From Chloroflexota bacterium (GTDB lineage: Bacteria > Chloroflexota > Dehalococcoidia > SM23-28-2 > RBG-16-64-32): a stretch of 62,314 bases of DNA. Location of the stretch: NCBI GenBank assembly GCA_036741795.1, contig DAINRO010000003.1, positions 1 through 62,314 of the forward strand, given 5' to 3'. The translations under genes and the position numbers were made by a program. The notes beneath the pieces were generated by a model. It was given only the letters and a program-made list of their open reading frames with translations, made no database searches and was not told the DNA's origin. This document shows, piece after piece, positions 57,123 to 62,314 of this stretch; position 1 is the first letter of the stretch; each line of letters starts with the position of its first letter.

Positions 57123-58196
57123 ATGACCACGCAGTCCCTTGACCAGGCGAAGGCTGAGGCTTTCGCAGGACGAATGATCGACATCGCCTCAAGTGGCGTC
57201 CTCAGCCTTATGACCAGTGTCGGCCACCGGACCGGGTTGTTCGACAGTATGTCAGGCATGCCCCCGTCCTCCACCCAACAGATCGCCGATGTATCCGGTC
57301 TGGACGAGCGCTACGTCCGTGAATGGCTCGGCTCAATGGTAGCCGGTGGCTTCGTTGAGTATGAGCCCTCCTCGAAGACCTACCTCCTCCCGCCCGAGCA
57401 TGCCGCCTCTCTGACACGTGCGGCCGGTCCTGGCAACCTTGCCAAGATGACTCAGTTCATTTCGCTCTTCGGCAAGGTGGAGGATAAGCTCGTTGACAGC
57501 TTTCAGAACGGTGGGGGTGTACCTTATTCGGAGTTCGACAAGTTCCAGGCCTTGATGGCGGAAGAGAGTGCGGCAGTCGTCGACGCCACACTTATTGATG
57601 TCACGCTGCCCCTGATCCCGGGAATCGTCGCCCGACTCGAGGAAGGGATCGACGTCCTCGACGTGGGCTGCGGCCAGGGCCACGCGATCAACGTTATGGC
57701 ACGCCAATACCCGAACAGCCGCTTCATTGGCTATGACTTCTCCGCCGAGGGCGTCGCCGCGGGCGAAAGAGAGGCCCGGGACTGGGGTCTCAAGAACGTG
57801 ACGTTCAAACAACAGGATGTCGCGAACTTTGATGACTCGACGGCCTACGATCTGATCACCGCGTTCGACGCCATCCACGATCAGGCAGCGCCGACGAAGG
57901 TCCTCGCCAACATCGCGGCGGCTCTTCGCCCTGGTGGGGTCTTCCTCATGGTTGACATCGCCGCCTCGAGCAACCTCGAGGAGAACCTCGGTCACCCACT
58001 CGCTGCCCTTCTCTATGGCGTTTCTACCACGCACTGTATGACCGTTTCGCTCGCCCTCGGCGGCGAGGGGTTGGGCACCATGTGGGGAGAACAACTCGCG
58101 CGACAGAAACTCGCCGACGCCGGGTTTACCAAAGTGGATGTCGAATCGGTGCCCGGAGACATTATGAACAGTTACTACATCGCCACGGCCGGCTAG
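57123..58196 (+). CDS. SAM-dependent methyltransferase with an N-terminal winged-helix-like domain (Rv2258c-like architecture)
   Basis: 357 aa. About 150-aa N-terminal domain, then motif I VLDVGCGQGHA and GYDFS. Confidence 0.65.
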   Translation: MTTQSLDQAKAEAFAGRMIDIASSGVLSLMTSVGHRTGLFDSMSGMPPSSTQQIADVSGLDERYVREWLGSMVAGGFVEYEPSSKTYLLPPEHAASLTRAAGPGNLAKMTQFISLFGKVEDKLVDSFQNGGGVPYSEFDKFQALMAEESAAVVDATLIDVTLPLIPGIVARLEEGIDVLDVGCGQGHAINVMARQYPNSRFIGYDFSAEGVAAGEREARDWGLKNVTFKQQDVANFDDSTAYDLITAFDAIHDQAAPTKVLANIAAALRPGGVFLMVDIAASSNLEENLGHPLAALLYGVSTTHCMTVSLALGGEGLGTMWGEQLARQKLADAGFTKVDVESVPGDIMNSYYIATAG

Positions 58197-58214
58197 TCAG
58201 AGGAGAACATCGCA

Positions 58215-59777
58215 ATGACGCTCTATCACAGCCCCTGGTTCACGCTGGAACCCTACCCGGAGATGTCCCTTCCCGATTTCCTGCAGCCCTCGGCGAAGAA
58301 GTTCGAGGACAAGCAGGCCCTCATCAACTTCGACGGCGCCAGCTACACCTTCGGGCAAACGTGGGCCGCCTGCCGTAGCCTGGGGCGCTTCCTCCAGGAC
58401 AACGGCCTCAACAAGGGCGATCGCGTCGCCATCTTCTCCGCAAACTCGCCGGAGTACTTCGTCGCCTTCTTCGGGATCCTCTGCGCAGGCGGCACCGTGA
58501 CCACCCTGAACCCACTCTACAAAGAGCGCGAACTCCTCCACCAGCTCGAAGACTGCGGCGCCTCTGCCATCTTCACCATGGGCGCCCTCTCCCCTCTCGT
58601 CGAGCAGGTCAAGCAACACTTGCCAGGCTTGAAGCAGGTGTTCACCGTCGAAGACGCCTGGAAGATGGCGGCGGAAGCGCCGCCCGAGCCCCACGCCGTA
58701 CAGTTCAACCCCCGAGAAGACCTCGCTGCCCTACCCTACTCCTCGGGCACTACCGGTCTGCCAAAGGGCGTTATGTTAACCCACTTCAATCTCGTCTCTA
58801 ATGTCCGGCAGACGCTCACCACCGGTCTAAGCAACGGGTACGGCACCTACCTGGACTTCCTCCCCTTCTATCACATCTACGGGATGGTCGTCCTCATGGC
58901 CTGCGGTTTCGCCGCCGGCCTCCCCCAGGTCATCATGCCGCGCTTCGACCCGTCCCTGTGCCTGGACCTCATCCAGAAGCACAAGGTGACGAACCTCTTC
59001 GCCGTCCCACCGGCCCTCCTCGCCCTCGCCCACTTCCCGGACGCCGGCAAGTACGACACCTCCTCCCTGCAGATGATCATGAGTGGCGCCGCACCGCTGC
59101 CTCCGGAAGTCGCGAAGGCTGCCTCCAGGGCCCTCGACGTCACCGTGCTGCAGGGATACGGCATGACCGAGACCAGCCCCGTCACGAACGTTAATCCGAT
59201 CACGCGCATCAAGGACGCCACAGTGGGTCCGCCCGTCGCAGACACCATCGAAAAGGTCGTTTCCCTCGATGACGGCAAAGAACTGGGCCCAAGCGAGATC
59301 GGCGAACTCCTCACCTTCGGCCCCCAGGTCATGAAGGGCTACTGGCAGGCCCCCGAAGCCACCGAGGAAACCCTTCCCGGTGGCGGCTGGATCAGGACCG
59401 GTGACATCGTCTCCGTCGATGAAGAGGGTTATGTCACGATTCTCGACCGCAAGAAGGAGATGATCAAATACAAGGGTTACCAGATCGCGCCGGCCGAACT
59501 CGAAGCCCTGCTCATGGAACACCCATCCGTCATGGACTCGGCCGTTATCCCGAAGCGCGATGACGAATCCGGCGAAATTCCCAAGGCCTTCGTCCTCGTC
59601 AAGGAAGGACAGGAAGTCAGCACCGAGGATCTGATGCGCTTCGTTGAAGAGCGCGTGGCTCCCTACAAAAAGGTGCGTGAAATCGAGTTCGTCGAAGCGA
59701 TCCCGAAGACCCCGTCTGGCAAGATCCTTCGCCGCGAACTGATCGAGCAGGAGCGAGCAAAGACGGGCGGAAACTAG
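58215..59777 (+). CDS. AMP-dependent acyl-CoA synthetase/ligase (4-coumarate/long-chain fatty-acid CoA ligase-like)
   Basis: 520 aa. AMP-binding motif YSSGTTGLPKGV, GYGMTE, TGD, and the C-terminal PKTPSGKILRR. Confidence 0.85.
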   Translation: MTLYHSPWFTLEPYPEMSLPDFLQPSAKKFEDKQALINFDGASYTFGQTWAACRSLGRFLQDNGLNKGDRVAIFSANSPEYFVAFFGILCAGGTVTTLNPLYKERELLHQLEDCGASAIFTMGALSPLVEQVKQHLPGLKQVFTVEDAWKMAAEAPPEPHAVQFNPREDLAALPYSSGTTGLPKGVMLTHFNLVSNVRQTLTTGLSNGYGTYLDFLPFYHIYGMVVLMACGFAAGLPQVIMPRFDPSLCLDLIQKHKVTNLFAVPPALLALAHFPDAGKYDTSSLQMIMSGAAPLPPEVAKAASRALDVTVLQGYGMTETSPVTNVNPITRIKDATVGPPVADTIEKVVSLDDGKELGPSEIGELLTFGPQVMKGYWQAPEATEETLPGGGWIRTGDIVSVDEEGYVTILDRKKEMIKYKGYQIAPAELEALLMEHPSVMDSAVIPKRDDESGEIPKAFVLVKEGQEVSTEDLMRFVEERVAPYKKVREIEFVEAIPKTPSGKILRRELIEQERAKTGGN

Positions 59778-59780
59778 CGT

Positions 59781-60419
59781 ATGGTGCGGAGTCCGTTCCT
59801 GGCATTACTCGGCACGTTCGCTTTCTTCTTCCTCATCATCGTCGCTGCCACCGCGCTTTTCGTAGCGCTCGCGGATGATGATGTCGAGGCGGGAGACGGC
59901 TGCACTAACCCGGAAACGGGCGAGACACGCGACGTAAACAACACGGAGCTACTTGCCCGGTCGTTCGAAGAATCATTGAACGACGCCCAGGACTCCATCG
60001 ATTCCGGACAGCCCCAGGCGACCGCGACTTTCAGTGAAAGCGAGGTATCGTCGAAAGCCTCGGAGTTCCTCCAGGACAGGGGCGCCGATCTTGAGGACCT
60101 CGTCGTTTGTTTCCACGACGGCTACGCTGAGGGACGCGTGACATTCGAGATCCCCGCACTGAGCAGCATCCCGGTCATCGGCGACGACATCTTTACCGTG
60201 TATGTCACTGCGGAGGGAACCATGAACTTTGAGGGCGAACGCCCGAGCATCGAGATCACCGAACTCGAAGCTGGCAACCTCCCGGGCTTTGCGACCGACG
60301 AACTGCGTGACGAGATCGAGAGCGAAGTCAACGACCGGATCGACGACCTACAACTGAACTACATCTATGAAGTAGCCTTCACGGAAGGCGAGGCCACCCT
60401 CACCCTACGGCCCCGCTAA
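59781..60419 (+). CDS. hypothetical N-terminally anchored, acidic extracytoplasmic protein
   Basis: 212 aa with a single N-terminal TM helix (FLALLGTFAFFFLIIVAATALFVAL). The remainder is D/E-rich. Starts 3 nt after the ligase stop. Confidence 0.4.
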   Translation: MVRSPFLALLGTFAFFFLIIVAATALFVALADDDVEAGDGCTNPETGETRDVNNTELLARSFEESLNDAQDSIDSGQPQATATFSESEVSSKASEFLQDRGADLEDLVVCFHDGYAEGRVTFEIPALSSIPVIGDDIFTVYVTAEGTMNFEGERPSIEITELEAGNLPGFATDELRDEIESEVNDRIDDLQLNYIYEVAFTEGEATLTLRPR

Positions 60420-60634
60420 CTTCGCTTACGGCCGAGGTTCGCGCTGACCGAATCTAGCAGTTGCTGCGATGCCGCGGTTATGCGCGATACGGCCTTGTTG
60501 AACGCCTTCTCATGGGCGCTGGTCGGCTCCCGGAACCCGCTGATTTTCCTGACGAACTGTCGGGCGGCAGCCTGGATCTCCTCGTTGCTTGCCACCTGGT
60601 CCTGGGCCCGCAATTGCTTAATGCTTCTGCACAT
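60416..60634 (-). CDS. DUF2277 domain protein
   Basis: 72 aa. MCRSIKQLR...EEIQAAARQFVRKISGF matches my memory of the DUF2277 N-terminal pattern. Confidence 0.55.
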   Translation of the reverse strand: MCRSIKQLRAQDQVASNEEIQAAARQFVRKISGFREPTSAHEKAFNKAVSRITAASQQLLDSVSANLGRKRS

Positions 60635-61079
60635 GCTCCGTTCCCTCGTCTATCTTTATGTCGAGCGCGCCGGGGGCTCCCCTGCTGTTCGCCTCTCGGT
60701 GCATCATTACCTGGGTCTTGCTCGCTTGGAACCCGTTCCTGGAATAGAACGCCACGCGCTCGGGCTCGCAGAAAAGCGACACGATATGAACGGGTCCGAT
60801 GTCCCGGACGAGCCTGGCCACCATCGCTTCACCAATGCCGCGCCCCCGGTAATCAGGATCGATAACAACATCCTCGATATACGCCCGGTGTACCCCATCC
60901 GACAGGGCGCGAGTGAAGCCGATCAACTGCTCCCCTTCCCACGCGCCCACGCAGATAGACGATGAAACGGCGCGGGCGATGCCCTCGGTTTCCCAACCCG
61001 GCCACCAGCCCGCGCCGTCGTACAGTCTCCGCACGTCCGCGGCATCGATCGCCCTCTCGGAGCCGCTCAAGTACTCCAT
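60618..61079 (-). CDS. GNAT-family N-acetyltransferase
   Basis: 153 aa. Acetyl-CoA binding motif A region (VVIDPDYRGRGIGEAMVARL). Confidence 0.8.
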   Translation of the reverse strand: MEYLSGSERAIDAADVRRLYDGAGWWPGWETEGIARAVSSSICVGAWEGEQLIGFTRALSDGVHRAYIEDVVIDPDYRGRGIGEAMVARLVRDIGPVHIVSLFCEPERVAFYSRNGFQASKTQVMMHREANSRGAPGALDIKIDEGTEHVQKH

Positions 61080-61108
61080 CGAGGCCGATTATGCCACGAT
61101 CAGTTCCC

Positions 61109-61993
61109 TCAGCAGCACTCCCCCGGCCCGCAGGAAACGCCCGTCTGCGCCGCCACGACTTCGATCCGCTCTTCTTCCCTTGCGTTGACCGGCTTCCTCG
61201 CCCGGACCACGCCGCTGAAAATCCCCAGCCCCTGGTTCTCGTTCGCGACGGCGTCTTTCACTTTGTCGCCTAACCCGCCCGAAGTCGCGTCGGCCGCGGT
61301 GTACTCGCGGAACGTCTCGATCTCCGCGCCCTCGAAGCCCGCGGCCTGCAACTTGGCGATGTAGTCGTCTCGCGTCAGCGCCCCGGCGATGCAGCCCGTC
61401 CATGCGGCCATGCTGCTCGAGATCGCTTCCGGCAGGTCGCTGTTCGTGACGATGTCAGAGATGGCCAGCCGTCCGCCGGGCTTAAGTACCCGGTACGCCT
61501 CCCGAAGCACCGAGTCCTTGTCCGGGGACAGGTTCACGACGCAGTTGCTGATGATCACGTCCACCGTGTCCCGTGGCAACGGGATGTTCTCCATCTCGCC
61601 CCGCAGGAACTCGACGTTTGTCACCCCGGCCTCCCGGGCGTTCTTCCTCGCCAGGTCCAGCATCTCATCCGTCATATCTAACCCGTAGGCCTTCCCCGTC
61701 GCGCCAACTCGTCGCGCCGACAGCAGTACGTCGATGCCGCCACCGGACCCGAGGTCCAACACGATCTCGCCTTCCGTGAGCTCCGCCACTGCAACCGGGT
61801 TCCCGCAACCGAGCGAGGCCGCGACCGCGTCCTGCGGCAGGTGCTGCAGCTCGTCCGTGGTGTACAGGTTCGACGTAATCGCCCCATCCTCCACGCTCCC
61901 GCAACAGTCGCTGCCCTTTAGTGACTGTGCCTTCGTTGCCGCGGCTCCATACCGCCTCTTCACTTCCGCCTTGATATCCTGCTGAGTAGTCAT
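61109..61993 (-). CDS. arsM: arsenite S-adenosylmethionine methyltransferase (ArsM-like)
   Basis: Start reset to the ATG at 61991-61993 (AAGGAGG 6 nt upstream). SAM motif VLDLGSGGGID and cysteines in ArsM-typical contexts (SDCCGS, LGCGNP, ISNCVVNL, WTGCIAG). Cys-rich tail CGPGECC. Confidence 0.75.
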   Translation of the reverse strand: MTTQQDIKAEVKRRYGAAATKAQSLKGSDCCGSVEDGAITSNLYTTDELQHLPQDAVAASLGCGNPVAVAELTEGEIVLDLGSGGGIDVLLSARRVGATGKAYGLDMTDEMLDLARKNAREAGVTNVEFLRGEMENIPLPRDTVDVIISNCVVNLSPDKDSVLREAYRVLKPGGRLAISDIVTNSDLPEAISSSMAAWTGCIAGALTRDDYIAKLQAAGFEGAEIETFREYTAADATSGGLGDKVKDAVANENQGLGIFSGVVRARKPVNAREEERIEVVAAQTGVSCGPGECC

Positions 61994-62026
61994 TGCGACC
62001 TCCTTACTATTGATACCCTTCAATAT

Positions 62027-62305
62027 TTAACTCGCTCTTAAGGCCGCCTCGATAACATCGAGCGCCGGGCGGGACGCGCGGATCGTCAGGATCACATTGG
62101 CGTCCGCGCGAACGTCCCAGTCGATCCCGCCGCAGCACACTTTCTCCGCCAGTGCGAACGCCTCGACGTCCCGTATCGCATCCGCCGGAAACTCAACCCG
62201 GAGGACATCGGCGGCGCGATGGATCCCCTGCACCCGCGGCGCCAGGTCCGCCAGGGTTGGTCCTTCCGGCCGCAATTCGATCTCGCAACCAACCACCTTC
62301 AGCAT
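62027..62305 (-). CDS. hypothetical small protein with a vicinal Cys pair, upstream of arsM
   Basis: 92 aa containing an AEKVCCGGIDWDV segment. No family recognised. The start lies 9 nt from the window edge, so its upstream context is unseen. Confidence 0.35.
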   Translation of the reverse strand: MLKVVGCEIELRPEGPTLADLAPRVQGIHRAADVLRVEFPADAIRDVEAFALAEKVCCGGIDWDVRADANVILTIRASRPALDVIEAALRAS

Positions 62306-62314
62306 GTCGTCTCT

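Overview
GC-rich, densely coding bacterial chromosome segment with housekeeping gene content. I saw no transposase, integrase, CRISPR array, rRNA or tRNA gene.

Main blocks, in order:
- Frameshifted HAD hydrolase, then a LexA-box-controlled stand-alone dnaE2.
- Serine hydrolase, methyltransferase, MscS channel, thioredoxin-like protein, mazG.
- dgt-dnaG-rpoD-fmdB cluster (minus strand).
- ppsA, glmS, plsC, cmk.
- Secreted twin-CBM-like protein, acyl-ACP desaturase-like gene, two tandem RRM RNA-binding genes, DUF3291, secreted lipase, zinc-ribbon protein.
- 5'-3' exonuclease, guaA, tsaC-pgk, MFS transporter, cca.
- rnc-smc-ftsY.
- Orphan nuoE/nuoF-like pair and a PAS-LuxR regulator.
- mutS-lipoprotein-mutL, cupredoxin.
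- Two coupled core-MetE-like genes, crp-family regulator, dapL.
- tmRNA / AAC(3)-like gene / smpB, then ctpA.
- queD-like gene, a methyltransferase / acyl-CoA ligase / membrane protein operon, DUF2277, GNAT, arsM.

The gene mix (RRM proteins, core-MetE, DapL route, GAAC-N4-GTTC box) suggests a Chloroflexota-like lineage. That is inference only.

Items not visible in the ORF track:
- A 357-nt tmRNA (52718-53074, minus strand).
- A second RRM gene lacking an ATG/GTG/TTG start, in frame behind the TAG of the first.
- A perfect LexA-type palindrome in the dnaE2 promoter.
- A promoter-driven 108-nt closed-helix RNA element upstream of the desaturase gene.
- A decayed trxB-like 3' relic upstream of mutS.
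- A 1-nt frameshift in a G6 run splitting the HAD gene.

Several ORF-track starts are over-extended: cmk, smpB, rnc, mutS, lipase, arsM, upstream MetE-like gene, exonuclease, AAC(3), ctpA. I reset them using in-frame Met/Val codons, Shine-Dalgarno-like AAGGAGG/AAGGGGG motifs, typical family N-termini and avoidance of overlap.

I did not find a clear-cut multi-gene novel system such as a defence island. The best candidates for undescribed biology are the structured RNA at 21765-21872, the TAG-separated RRM pair, the unfused two-gene MetE-like module, the orphan NuoEF-like flavoprotein pair and the 57123-60419 operon. All family assignments rest on motifs read by eye, not on database searches.
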